A DNA stretch of 64,000 nucleotides from Spirochaetota bacterium (lineage in GTDB: Bacteria; Spirochaetota; UBA4802; JAFGJZ01). Positions 49,366-60,100 of the stretch are shown in pieces. The stretch is taken from contig JAFGJZ010000192.1 in NCBI GenBank assembly GCA_016928815.1, forward strand, positions 4,407 to 68,406. Direction: 5' to 3'. The stretch's first letter is position 1; every line of letters begins with the position of its first letter. The position numbers and the translations under genes are program-made. Under the pieces are notes generated by a model. It had not been told where the DNA came from. It searched no databases and saw nothing but the letters and a program-made list of their open reading frames with translations.

Positions 49366-50355
49366 TTATTTTTCTATCCTTAATTTTCTGATTATTTCTC
49401 CGGCGATGATTTCACTGTAACTGTCAGGTTTCCATGTCATGACGGTCCACCCTTTCAGGAAGCGGTGGAAATCCGTCCAGGCATAACGGTACATCTCCCT
49501 CCATTCCTTTTCTACATCTGCAAAATTGATTTCAGGTTTATGCTTCCTTAATGATTTTTCCAGACATGAAAAATAAAAATCCAGAAGTTCATCCTCCATT
49601 GCACCGCATTCACTTTCATCCAGACAGCTTCCTATGAAGTATGCAATATCCTTCATGCCGCATCCTCCGCCGGTGTACTGAAAATCCACCGCGGCTACTT
49701 TTTTACCGTCATCAGAAAAGCAGAAATTATCAAGTTTAGCATCACCGTGAAGTATTGTTTTAAAATTACATTTCTTAAGTTTGAGATCTATTGAAGCTGC
49801 CGCAGCCTTCAGTTCCGGATCCCTGAGCGCCTTATACTCATCCGGACGCGTGTCAAGATGCCAGTATGTTCCGTTTTTCCATAAATTCACGGGTTCACGG
49901 TTCATGAAAATTGAATGAAATTCCGCCAGCCATTCAATACAGATTCCGATTTCATCAGGGGAAGGCCTGCTTCGCCGCCCGGGATATCCTGCCGCGTCAA
50001 GATCTTCAAGCACAGTCAAAAATTCATTGCCGCCGAATTCCAGGGCATAACATCCGGGTATGCGGCAGAAAGGTCTGCATTCATCCGACCAGTGCCGGTA
50101 CCAGGCTGCCTCCACCATGTAGGATTTAATTTTCCGCCGGTGAGAAATGTCTGATTCTGCGAAGTCATGGCCTTTTTTATTTTCAGGAAGTACGACGTGT
50201 TTTACCACTACGGTTTTTATCTTTGAACCGGAAAGGGTGTAGCGGCTTATTCTGCCGTAGCCGCTCCAAAGACTCTGAATTTCCTCAATTTCACTTATTG
50301 ATGCAGAACCGGTTGATTTGAGGATTACGTTTCTGAAACTGTTATTCATATTCAC
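49366..50355 (-). CDS. Phosphotransferase-family protein (APH/choline-kinase-like)
   Basis: HGDAKLDNF catalytic loop and DFQYTGGGCGMKD (DFG-like) motif. Confidence 0.7.
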   Translation of the reverse strand: MNMNNSFRNVILKSTGSASISEIEEIQSLWSGYGRISRYTLSGSKIKTVVVKHVVLPENKKGHDFAESDISHRRKIKSYMVEAAWYRHWSDECRPFCRIPGCYALEFGGNEFLTVLEDLDAAGYPGRRSRPSPDEIGICIEWLAEFHSIFMNREPVNLWKNGTYWHLDTRPDEYKALRDPELKAAAASIDLKLKKCNFKTILHGDAKLDNFCFSDDGKKVAAVDFQYTGGGCGMKDIAYFIGSCLDESECGAMEDELLDFYFSCLEKSLRKHKPEINFADVEKEWREMYRYAWTDFHRFLKGWTVMTWKPDSYSEIIAGEIIRKLRIEK

Positions 50356-50573
50356 TGACTGTTAATTTCCCTGTTTTATATTCATTTTCGGAAAATGCTT
50401 TCATTATGCAAGCTGTTTTACAATTCTCATTTCCAGGAAAAATTCATGGAATTCTGAAAATTCAATATGTTTCGTGAATGTTAAATGAGATTCAATTCCG
50501 GTATTTTACCGCAATAAGTATTGAAATGCCGGCATAATGGAATAATGTGCATATGCACAATTGGAGGAAATTT

Positions 50574-51299
50574 ATGAAAAAAATAATTACGGCAGTAATC
50601 CTTGTTTCAGCAGCATGTTTATGTCTTTCCGCTGAAGAAATATACCTTGCTTCCGGAGCCGGATACAAGCGTCCGGTAAATGAAATTGCACAGACATTTA
50701 AAAAGGAAACTTCTATCACCGTAAACTGCATATACGGCAACATGAATCAGATAATTGCTCAAAGCAAAAAAACGGGTAAAGTGTCTCTTATGATTGGAGA
50801 CAGCAGTTTTTTAAAAAAATCAGGAATTAGTTTCGTTAAAAAGCAGGAACTTGGAAAGGGAAAGCTTGTTCTTGCATTTCCGGAAAAAATAAAAATTACT
50901 TCCATTGAGGATCTGCTTAAAACAGACATTAAGAAAATAGTACTTCCTGACGGGACAAAGGCGATTTACGGCAAAGCGGCTTTTGAAGCATTAAGCGCAG
51001 TTAATATTCATGAGAGGCTGAAAGAATCTGACAGACTGCTCGTTGTACAGACTGTGCCTCAGGTGACTGCCTATCTTTCATCCGGTGAAGCGGATGCCGG
51101 TTTTTTGAACATTACTGACTGTATGTCTCTTGATAATAAGAAATTTTCCTATATTGAGATTGATAAAAAGCTTTACAGTCCGATAGTAATTGAATGCGGA
51201 TTAACTTCATCCGCAGATGAAAATTCCGTTAAATTTTATGACTATCTGAAATCTGATTCCGCTGCGGCGGTTTTCAGGAAGTACGGTCTGTCGGAATGA
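50574..51299 (+). CDS. modA: Molybdate ABC transporter substrate-binding protein ModA
   Basis: Signal peptide; C-terminus VKFYDYLKSDSAAAVFRKYGL parallels E. coli ModA ...FYDYLKGPQAAEIFKRYGF; GGAGGA RBS (ORF extends to 50547). Confidence 0.85.
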   Translation: MKKIITAVILVSAACLCLSAEEIYLASGAGYKRPVNEIAQTFKKETSITVNCIYGNMNQIIAQSKKTGKVSLMIGDSSFLKKSGISFVKKQELGKGKLVLAFPEKIKITSIEDLLKTDIKKIVLPDGTKAIYGKAAFEALSAVNIHERLKESDRLLVVQTVPQVTAYLSSGEADAGFLNITDCMSLDNKKFSYIEIDKKLYSPIVIECGLTSSADENSVKFYDYLKSDSAAAVFRKYGLSE

Positions 51300-51318
51300 A
51301 AAGCCGGACGAGGAAATA

Positions 51319-51969
51319 ATGATTTCAATGTTTTCTCTAATGCTGTCACTGAAAATACTCTTGTCAGCGGTTCCGCTTCTTTTGCTGTCAGCTTTTCTTG
51401 TTTCCTATGCTGCGGTTGGCGCCGGCAGGACCGTCCGGGTTATGCTGGATTTTTTTACAAATATGCCGCTTATATTCCCGCCAATGGCAACAGGATTTCT
51501 GATGGTTCATTTTCTTGGAGGTGAGGGTGCTGTCGGCAGGATGTTTAAATTTGATCTGATGTTTACCCGTACCGGACTTGTAATTGCGGCTTTCATTGCC
51601 GGTTTTCCTTTCATTGCACAGTGTATGGTAAACGGCGTTGATGCCGGTCTTTACAGACTGTGTGAGGCATCATATTCACTCGGTAAAGGTAAAACTGTTA
51701 CTTTTTTCAGGGTTGTCATTCCTTCATTGAAAAGAAACATAATCAGCGGCATGCTTCTCGCTTCCGCAAGGATTCTGGGGGAAGTCGGCATGTCGCTTAT
51801 GATCGGAGGCAACATTTCAGGTAAAACAAATACCGTTTCACTGGAAATATATAATGCCGTACTTGACGGAAATAATCAGCAGGCATTTGCCTTTTCACTT
51901 ATGCTGTTCATATTTTCCGGTTCAGTATTTATCTGCATTAAGATGCTGAACTATTCGGAGTCCGGATAA
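51319..51969 (+). CDS. modB: Molybdate ABC transporter permease ModB
   Basis: 216 aa, 5 TM, ABC type-1 permease EAA-like loop ([10 protein letters not shown]). Confidence 0.8.
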   Translation: MISMFSLMLSLKILLSAVPLLLLSAFLVSYAAVGAGRTVRVMLDFFTNMPLIFPPMATGFLMVHFLGGEGAVGRMFKFDLMFTRTGLVIAAFIAGFPFIAQCMVNGVDAGLYRLCEASYSLGKGKTVTFFRVVIPSLKRNIISGMLLASARILGEVGMSLMIGGNISGKTNTVSLEIYNAVLDGNNQQAFAFSLMLFIFSGSVFICIKMLNYSESG

Positions 51970-52682
51970 TGATTGAACTGAAACTGAAAAAAAATCTTGT
52001 ACACGGAAAATCCGTATTCGCTCTTAATGTTGATATGAGCACCTCAGCCGAAACGCTTTTCCTTGTCGGACATTCCGGTTCGGGTAAAACGACCATACTG
52101 AATATGATTGCGGGACTGCTTACACCTGATTCAGGATTAATATGCATTGACAACCGTATTTTATTCGATTCAAAACTGCGTATATGTCTGCCTGCATGCA
52201 GAAGAAAAGCGGGATATCTGTTTCAGGATAACCGTCTTTTCAGACATATGAATGTGGAACAGAACATTTCGTATGCTGCCGGAAAAAAAGACAGGGATTT
52301 TATCGGAATTCTTATTGAAACCGCGGGGCTTGGAGAAATTAAAAATTATCCTGTTTCAAAATTATCCGGAGGACAGAAACAGAGGGTTGCTCTTGCAAGA
52401 GCTCTTGCTGTCAGGCCGGATATCCTGCTTCTTGATGAACCTTTTTCTTCACTTGATTTCGAGAGAACGCAGGATCTGATCCGGCTTTATAAAAATCTGC
52501 GATCCCTGCTCAGGTTTAAGAGTATCATTGTAACGCATACTGTACGTGAAGCTCTGCTTCTGGAAGGAGATATTGCTGAAATAAAAAACGGGAAATGCAT
52601 ATCCCTGATTACTCCGGAGAAGGATATCCGGAACAATATCGGTTACTGCAGCCTGCTGAGAAAATTAAATATGGTGTCATAG
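51969..52682 (+). CDS. modC: Molybdate ABC transporter ATP-binding protein ModC (short form without TOBE domain)
   Basis: Walker [10 protein letters not shown], signature [15 protein letters not shown], Walker [12 protein letters not shown]; start overlaps modB stop. Confidence 0.8.
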   Translation: MIELKLKKNLVHGKSVFALNVDMSTSAETLFLVGHSGSGKTTILNMIAGLLTPDSGLICIDNRILFDSKLRICLPACRRKAGYLFQDNRLFRHMNVEQNISYAAGKKDRDFIGILIETAGLGEIKNYPVSKLSGGQKQRVALARALAVRPDILLLDEPFSSLDFERTQDLIRLYKNLRSLLRFKSIIVTHTVREALLLEGDIAEIKNGKCISLITPEKDIRNNIGYCSLLRKLNMVS

Positions 52683-52690
52683 GAAAACTT

Positions 52691-52972
52691 ATGAGCAGAA
52701 AAAAATTTAAAATTTGCGGAAGACCTGAAGATTATGAAAAGTATTTCAAACCTGCAGGTGTTTTCTTTGAAATGCTTCAGGAGAATGAACTTTCCGCGGA
52801 GGAGCTGGAAGTAATTAAACTATGCGATTTCGAGAATTATAATCAGACTGAAGCGGCATCTCTTTTACGTGTTTCACGGACTACAATTCAGCGTCTGCTT
52901 AAATCAGCGAGATTCAAGATTACTGATTCGATTCTTAATTCTAAAGCTGTAAAAATAAACGGAAAAAATTAA
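52691..52972 (+). CDS. DUF134/UPF0251 family small DNA-binding-like protein
   Basis: KICGRPEDYEKYFKPAGV...LEELEVIKLCDFENYNQTEAASLLRVSRTTIQRLLKSARFKITDSILNSKAVKING matches the UPF0251 pattern (KxRRI..P....FKP.G..., sigma-70 region-4-like HTH). The N-terminal extension to 52595 overlaps modC and was rejected. Confidence 0.6.
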   Translation: MSRKKFKICGRPEDYEKYFKPAGVFFEMLQENELSAEELEVIKLCDFENYNQTEAASLLRVSRTTIQRLLKSARFKITDSILNSKAVKINGKN

Positions 52973-52984
52973 AAGGAGGAAATT

Positions 52985-53833
52985 ATGTCATTTTTTATTC
53001 CTGATTGTGAAATAGACCGCATAATCGAAGAGGACGTAAATCCGGTTGATCTGACGTCGTTTATCCTGGGTATGGATAAATATAACGCTCAAATTACATA
53101 TCAGTCCAGGTCGGATCTGGTAGTCTGCTGTACTGAAGAAGTTGAAAGGATTTTCAATAAACTCGGAATTGCCGTTTCCGGTTACAGTGAATCCGGAACA
53201 GAAGTCAAAGAAAACGAAATATTTTTTTCAGCCGAGGGCCGGGCTGACAGAATTCATATGGCATGGAGGAACGGTGTCAGAATGTTTGAAAGTTTCAGCG
53301 GCATTTCTACAAGAACACGCAGTTTCACCGACAAAGCCAGAAAGGTCAATCCTGCAGTGAATATCGTTACGACAAGAAAATGTCCGCCGGGCACAAAGAA
53401 ACTGATTACAAAAGCAGTGATGTCCGGCGGAGCGTTTCCGCACCGTCTGGGTCTCTCGGAATCCGTTCTTTTTTTTGATCCGCATGTTGATTTATTCGGC
53501 GGCAGGGAAAAAATAATTGAAAATATTGCAAAAATACGTAATGATACAAAAGAAAAAAAGCTGGGAATAGAGGCTCATGATACGGATTCCGCATTGAAAT
53601 TCGCGGAAGCGGGTTTTGACTGCATTCAGCTGGATAAATTTACAGCAGAAGAGATTGAAACAGTCTGTAGAACGGCTAAACGGATTAATCCAAATGTAAC
53701 ACTGTGTGCTGCCGGAAACATTACAATGGAAAATGTTGAAGAGATTGCTGCAACGGGAGTCGACGTGATTGTAACATCTTCATTGTATTTCGGACCGCCT
53801 GCTGACATTAAGGCGGTAATCAGGAGGGTGTAA
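52985..53833 (+). CDS. modD: ModD (quinolinate-phosphoribosyltransferase-like molybdenum-transport protein)
   Basis: 282 aa; TRKCPPGTKKLITKAVMSGGAFPHRLGLSESVLFFDPH and IEAHDTDSALKFAEAGFDCIQLD match the QPRTase fold. Confidence 0.7.
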   Translation: MSFFIPDCEIDRIIEEDVNPVDLTSFILGMDKYNAQITYQSRSDLVVCCTEEVERIFNKLGIAVSGYSESGTEVKENEIFFSAEGRADRIHMAWRNGVRMFESFSGISTRTRSFTDKARKVNPAVNIVTTRKCPPGTKKLITKAVMSGGAFPHRLGLSESVLFFDPHVDLFGGREKIIENIAKIRNDTKEKKLGIEAHDTDSALKFAEAGFDCIQLDKFTAEEIETVCRTAKRINPNVTLCAAGNITMENVEEIAATGVDVIVTSSLYFGPPADIKAVIRRV

Positions 53834-53860
53834 GCCGGGCTGTTAAATGGAGTAAAGCAA

Positions 53861-54868
53861 ATGAAGATACAGTGTATTGAATTGTGTGATCTCGAACATA
53901 GGGCAGCCTACATGTCTTCTGATGGAGAAAATCTTTTTTTTATGGCAGCCTCTCCGGAGGGCAAAATTACAGTTCTTGATCACGGCTTCAGGAAAACCGC
54001 TTTTATGGATTTAAAAAGAAATATTGCCGACATGAGTGCGGATTTTATTTCCGGAACTGCTGCAGTAGTTTTTCCGGATACGGGTTTAATTTCAGTCTTT
54101 GATTTTAATTTTAAAACTGTTTTTGAAACTGCACCGGAAGATAAATATATTTCCTGTTTTTTTCAGAATTCATCCGGTATTTTATGGTGCATAAATAAGG
54201 CTGATGACAGCAGTATTGAATTTCATGTTTATGATACGGTTTCCTGGAAATTACTTTCAACCTGCAGAGTCATGAATGATTTTATCAATCCGGATTGCCG
54301 GTTTTCACAAATTCCCGGCAGCAAAAATATTCTGCTGTGTATATCAGGAGAATCTGACGAGCGCAGCTCTCATGTATTAAATTATGATAACGGTGTGATT
54401 TCCGCTAATGAAATGAAAGTCATTGCTGATTATATTTTTCCTGAATTCAGTCCGGCTGGAAATGAATTTCTCACAGGTGATTACGGCAACATTTACAGAT
54501 ATGTTTTTCCCGAAATGCTTCCTGCAGGTTTTTACAGCTACAATTGGGATTACGGTCACGGTGATTTTATCTGTTATGTAGATGAAAATACAGCCCTTTT
54601 CAATACCTCAACCGGAAGAATTTTTACTCTTAATACGGAGAGAATGATTCTGCTGAATGAGATAATAATTGCCGGTCATGAACCTGAAGCGCCGGCGTTG
54701 TACTATCCTTCACTTTCACCTGAAACTGAAATGTGTACGGATATCATGTTTATCCGGCGGTTCGGCAGCAAGGCTGCTGCAGTATTCAGAAGGGATAAAA
54801 ACCTGCAGGCCGATCAGCAGAAGGACAGCCTGATGTTTTTTGAACTGAGTCAGTTCAGAGCAGTGTAA
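53861..54868 (+). CDS. Hypothetical cytoplasmic protein (335 aa)
   Basis: ORF with AAATGGAG RBS-like upstream; no domain recognised. Confidence 0.45.
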   Translation: MKIQCIELCDLEHRAAYMSSDGENLFFMAASPEGKITVLDHGFRKTAFMDLKRNIADMSADFISGTAAVVFPDTGLISVFDFNFKTVFETAPEDKYISCFFQNSSGILWCINKADDSSIEFHVYDTVSWKLLSTCRVMNDFINPDCRFSQIPGSKNILLCISGESDERSSHVLNYDNGVISANEMKVIADYIFPEFSPAGNEFLTGDYGNIYRYVFPEMLPAGFYSYNWDYGHGDFICYVDENTALFNTSTGRIFTLNTERMILLNEIIIAGHEPEAPALYYPSLSPETEMCTDIMFIRRFGSKAAAVFRRDKNLQADQQKDSLMFFELSQFRAV

Positions 54869-54940
54869 ACCGGAATTATGCCTTTCCGGAAAATGATTTT
54901 CATCCTTTCCGGAAAAGCGGATTAATCCGGCTGTCTGGAA

Positions 54941-55693
54941 TTAAAAAAGGTATGACATGTTCATGTTTGTTCTGAAATCATAATCATCATGATTTACAGG
55001 CGCCTGTATTCCGATTCCGACCTTGAATTTTTCCGAGTGATTTGCGTCAAATCTGATTCCTGCTGCGAAATCGAGATTTGATTCAGTATCATCGTTTATT
55101 TCTGTTACTTTTCCCTGAAGTTCGGTTATGACATTGAGACTTCTCCATACACGCACCATTAAATGTCCGCCGTAAGTAATCTGATAGTCGTCAAAGCTGT
55201 TGTCAATCTCCTGTTCATACTTACCGTTGATTCCAGTCTGAATTATTTTATATTTCCATACTGCGGTAAGATACGGTGCGGCATAGTAATCTTCAGTATA
55301 AAAACCTTCGTTTTTATATGAATACAACAGGGAAATTCCGTAACCGATTGCAAAATTATCGGCAGGATGAAAAGCTCCTCTGAATGCGGCATCAACAAGT
55401 CCGAGATAATTATCCGGATTATAGCAACCGACATATATTACATACGGAACTGAAAGTTCCAATCCAAAACTGCGGTTGAAGGAAAAAGCAGCGTTTGCGG
55501 TAAATTCAGTGAACGAGTCTCTACCGTTGTTTTCAATGGTGTAGTCGATTCCGGCATATCTCTCCGGTAATTTTGTTTTTTCAAAAACCGGCTGCATAAA
55601 AGAATCATTCTGCCTGCTGCCGTCATCTGCGAATAGGGACTGAATCGGCATCAGCATTAATAAAATGAAAAGATAGGAAAATTTGTGTTTCAT
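54941..55693 (-). CDS. Putative outer-membrane beta-barrel protein
   Basis: Signal peptide MKHKFSYLFILLMLMPIQSLFA, alternating amphipathic strands, C-terminal ...MNMSYLF (terminal Phe). Confidence 0.5.
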   Translation of the reverse strand: MKHKFSYLFILLMLMPIQSLFADDGSRQNDSFMQPVFEKTKLPERYAGIDYTIENNGRDSFTEFTANAAFSFNRSFGLELSVPYVIYVGCYNPDNYLGLVDAAFRGAFHPADNFAIGYGISLLYSYKNEGFYTEDYYAAPYLTAVWKYKIIQTGINGKYEQEIDNSFDDYQITYGGHLMVRVWRSLNVITELQGKVTEINDDTESNLDFAAGIRFDANHSEKFKVGIGIQAPVNHDDYDFRTNMNMSYLF

Positions 55694-55785
55694 GGTGTAA
55701 CCATCCTGAATTATAATATTATTAGGCGTCGTTGTTCCGACCGTCTATGCATGAAATATGTCATGAATTCCGGTTTAAATCGGTC

Positions 55786-55834
55786 GGATTTATAATTCCG
55801 GATATAATTTCAGGATTGGATTTATAATTCCGGA
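55786..55834. promoter_or_regulatory. Tandem array of TATAATTCCGGA-type motif (3 copies, ~16-bp spacing)
   Basis: GGATTTATAATTCCGGA / TATAATTTCAGGATT / GGATTTATAATTCCGGA; a matching array occurs at 62092..62142. Confidence 0.55.
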
Positions 55835-55905
55835 CATGTTAACTGATGTTATAGTCCCGATTGCAATCGAAAGGCTGTCGGAACCAATCTGAAGGGTATA
55901 TTGTT

Positions 55906-57045
55906 TCAGGAATTCCGTTTTCTGAAATCTTTAGGTGTTATGCCGGTGTTCTTGGAGAAAGCTTCATAGAATGAAGATTTGGAGTTAAAACCTACGGCGT
56001 AGGCAATGGACAGCACCGATCTGTTTTTCTCATCCAGAAGCATTACACATGCTTCATTTATTCTGAATCTGTTTATGTATGCATTAAAATTTATTCCGAG
56101 ATGTTCGTTAATGAGCTGTGAAAGCTGATGAGGCGTAATGTCCAGATCATCGGCTATCTGCTGAAGGCTGCATTCTTCATCGAGATAGGGGCGGATATCC
56201 TTCATGATATTTTCAAGTTCCTGAAGTTTTAATTTAATATCCATACTTGTCAATATTGATCTGCTGTAGGATTTTCTGTCGACTTCTGTTTTGAGTATCA
56301 GTAAAAATTCAGGATATTTGTTTGAAAGAAAAACATTTATGATGATAATAACCGAGGCTATGAGCATTCCCGTCAGCATAGTGAAACGAATTGCGAATAT
56401 GTAGCCTATTACTACCAGAGTAATGCAAATGAGAGCCGCTGAAGTATAGGCCAGAGTGATTATAATAATTGCAGTATAATCACGTTCATTCCATGCGGAC
56501 GCCGTTTTGAAAATTATTTTCATGAGATAGTAAATTATTAAAAAACCTGATAATGCGAAGCTTGATTTCATAAGTATAAGCTGTGAATTGTTCTGTCCTG
56601 TAAGCAGCATGTTTAAAATAAAAATTTTATGGTTATGATCCTGAAGAAGAATGAAAATATCATTAAATAATGAAATGCTCAGCAGTAGAAAAAGAAAATA
56701 ATATTTACTTTTAAAAGTTGTCTGAAGCAGTATGTCGGCAAAATTTATTATCAGCAAATAGCAAAGCAGGAAAAAAACCGTATTGTTCATGAGAATTATT
56801 TCCGGAAATTTGAATATGAACTGATTGAAAGTGGTTTTGATCTGGAAAAGCATGATTGCCAGACATATATCTATTAAAAAGGTTTTTATGTTTAATTTTT
56901 TATCACTTTTGCAGAAAAGAGACGTTATTCCCTGAAATACGGATAAATTTGCGGCAAAAGTTATTATATATAGTATTATTTTAATTACCATTTTGTCGTT
57001 CCAGTTTATAATACTATTAATTGAAAATAGGGCTGCAGAATGCAA
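55906..57045 (-). CDS. Membrane-anchored AraC-family transcriptional regulator
   Basis: ~7 N-terminal TM helices + C-terminal AraC HTH (LQQIADDLDITPHQLSQLINEHLG...IAYAVGFNSKSSFYEAFSKNTGITP). Confidence 0.8.
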   Translation of the reverse strand: MHSAALFSINSIINWNDKMVIKIILYIITFAANLSVFQGITSLFCKSDKKLNIKTFLIDICLAIMLFQIKTTFNQFIFKFPEIILMNNTVFFLLCYLLIINFADILLQTTFKSKYYFLFLLLSISLFNDIFILLQDHNHKIFILNMLLTGQNNSQLILMKSSFALSGFLIIYYLMKIIFKTASAWNERDYTAIIIITLAYTSAALICITLVVIGYIFAIRFTMLTGMLIASVIIIINVFLSNKYPEFLLILKTEVDRKSYSRSILTSMDIKLKLQELENIMKDIRPYLDEECSLQQIADDLDITPHQLSQLINEHLGINFNAYINRFRINEACVMLLDEKNRSVLSIAYAVGFNSKSSFYEAFSKNTGITPKDFRKRNS

Positions 57046-57096
57046 GCAGATTTTCCGGTCAGTTTTTATAATTTCAGGCGGCAGCAGGCGGGTTTG

Positions 57097-57140
57097 GTTA
57101 AAAAACGAAAAACTGCAGAGCCGGAGGGTTCTGCAGTTTT
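57097..57140 (-). terminator. Rho-independent terminator after RND gene (minus strand)
   Basis: On minus strand: AAAACTGCAGA-accctccggc-TCTGCAGTTTT followed by TCGTTTTTT; 11-bp perfect stem. Confidence 0.7.
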
Positions 57141-57151
57141 TCCTGAAACGG

Positions 57152-60100
57152 TCATGCTTTTTTAATTATGTGTTTAGTTTTTAAAATTAAAAAATGCAGA
57201 CCTGATTTTATATCTTCCGATATATGATAAAAGGTCGGTATCAGGATTAATGTTATAAAAGTTGCAAAGATTAATCCATAACCAAATGCTAAAGCAAGAG
57301 GGGCGACGAAATAATTCCTTCCGCCGAGTCCGTAAATTGTCGGAAAAAGACCCAATACAGTAGTGCCTGAAGTCAGGATGACAGGTCTGAGACGGATGAC
57401 TCCTCCTTCAATCAGGGCGTCTTTAAGTGAGTATCCTTTAGAAATCAGATTTTTTATGAACTGAACAAGAACAAGAGTATTGCTTACGATCACACCCGCA
57501 AGGGAGAAAAGACCGAGTGTACTCATGAATGATAAGGGCTGACCGTGCGCAAATACGGCAATTACTACACCGACAAGTGAAAACGGTATTGCTATCATAA
57601 CTACAACAGGCAGAAGCAGTGATTCAAAATATACCGCAAGAATTACAAAAATGGTAAACAGGGCAATTAAGAAAAGATTCTTAAGGTCATACATTGACTT
57701 ATTGGTATCTTCATGTTCACCGCCGTAAGCTATTGAATAGCCCGGGTATTTTACCTCAATTTCCTTAAAATGGTTCTGCAGGATGCGGTTTACTTTCATT
57801 GATGTGGTGATTCCTGTATCAACCTCAGCCTGTACCTGTACAAGACGCCTGTAATTAAGTCTGTTTATGAATGCCGTACCCTGGACATTGGATACGGAAG
57901 TAATTTTATTCAGAGGTATGAGAGCTCCACGGTTATTAAGAACCATTACCTTATCAAGTCCTTTTATATCGCTTCTGTCTTTTTCTGAAAATCTGACACG
58001 GATTCCTATTTCATCCTTATCCTGATGCACCTTTGCTGCGATAGATCCTTTATATGATGAATTTAATGTATATGCCGCATCAGTTGATGATACGCCTGTT
58101 CTTGCCGCAATTATTTCATCGATTGAATACCTGTATTCCATTTTTCCCGCTTCCGTATCAACCTTTATGTCGTAAACCCCTTCGATCCCTTTTAAAAATT
58201 CAATATATTCCTGTGAAATTTCCTGCATTATCCGGAAATTGTTTCCCATGATCTCAACATTTACCGGTTTTCCGACAGGAGGTCCGAACTCAACGGTTTG
58301 AGTTTTTATTATCATATCATTATTCAGTATTCCGTTTTTTCGGGCGATGTTGATTTTTTCACGAAGGTCAGCAACAATTTCATGTGCTTTCCTTTCCCGG
58401 TCTTTTTCGGGAACCAGTGTAATTAGAAAAGTGGATTTATGTATTCCCTGTCCCGGCTGAGGGTCAATGATCATGAAATCTTCATTTCCAACTCTTACTC
58501 TTAATGCTTTTAATTCATCTTCACGGACTGAGTTAATGACGATTTTTTCAAGTTTCTTCATTTCCTCAAGATTTACGTCCAGGGTTGTGCCCTGAGGCAT
58601 ATAGGTTTTAATTGAGAGCTCTTCACTTCCGCCGCCGGGAATAAACTGAAATGGAACTTTTCCGCTTACAATCAGAAGTATGCTGCTAATCAGAAGGATT
58701 ATCAGAATTACCAATGTTAAATATCTGTGTGAAATTGATATTTTGAGTATTCTTCTGTATCCGCGCTGAATTTTTCCGAAAAATCCTTTTTCATATCCGG
58801 TTTCAGCTTCAATAATTTCTTTTTTTGTTTTCCGTTTCACCGGTTCTTTTATGATCATGCTTAAATGCGTCGGCATGATAAACAGGGCGGTAATCAGGGA
58901 GGCACCGAGACAGACTATAAGTACTATAGGTATTGGCCTGACAAATTTTCCGACAATTCCGGTTAATACAACGAGAGGCATAAAAGCCGCAACAAGACAG
59001 AGGAATGTAATAATCAATGGAAGCATCACTTCCGATACTCCGTTTATTATCGCATCATTTTTCTTAAACCCGAGTTCCAGATAGCGATGTGTGTTTTCAG
59101 TTACGACAATACCGAAATCCACAATCATACCGAGAACCATTATCATGCCGAATAGACTTACCACATTTATTGTGATGTCAAACTGGTTCATTCCGATGAA
59201 GCCGATCATGAATGACACGGGAAAACCTATCATTACCACGCTTGCCATTCTGCCGCCCAGTAAAATGTAGAGTATTGCGGCAAGAAGAATAAAACCGGTA
59301 ATGGCATTTATGATTACGGTTTTTATCTGCTCACTTGTTGAAACGCTCTGATCATTAAAGGTTACTATTTCCAGTCTGTTTTTATCATACCGGAAATTCT
59401 CCAGCTTGGATTTTATTTCTTTTGCCGTATTGATTTCATCTGATTCTGATTTTTTATTTATCGAAAGTACTATTGCATTATTGCCGTTCACTCTTTCATA
59501 TTCGGAGGGTTCATCGAAGGTGTCCTCAACCGCTTTTTCGGTAACATCCCTGACTTTTGTTACATATCCCAGATCATTCGCCATAATTACAGTGTTTTCA
59601 ATGTCGGAAATGTCACGGTACTGGTCTTTGGTTTTCAGAAGAAATTCTTTTCCGTTTACCCGCAGTTCACCTCCGGGCAGATCAATATTTCTTTTGCGTA
59701 TTGCGTTGATTACCGCATTAATTCCGATTCTGTTTTTTATCAGTTTTTCAGCATCTATTTCAACAAGAAGTTCTCTTTCCAGCTGGCCGTAATCCTTGAT
59801 TTCCGCAATTGAATTTATTTCATACAGGTAGTCCTGAAGCTCTTCGGCCGTATTCCGTATTTCACTGTAAGCAACATTTTCATTTTTTCCATAAATTGCG
59901 ATATTCATGACACGGGTTTTGCTGAGATTAACTTCTTCCACCACCGGTTCATTTACACTCTCCGGCATTCCTTCGACAAGAGAAACGGAATCTTTTATGT
60001 CCTGTATTATTTCATCCTTGTTAGATACTCCCATGTCGATGTAAATAACGATAACTGAAACATTTTCTATATTGTAGGAACGCACTTTATCCAGTCCGTC

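Noticed and set aside
52595-52690. N-terminal extension of the DUF134 ORF overlapping modC by 88 nt
   Set aside because: The family-typical N-terminus (KxCGRP...) begins at the internal Met (52691) right after the modC stop; the extension is not conserved-looking.
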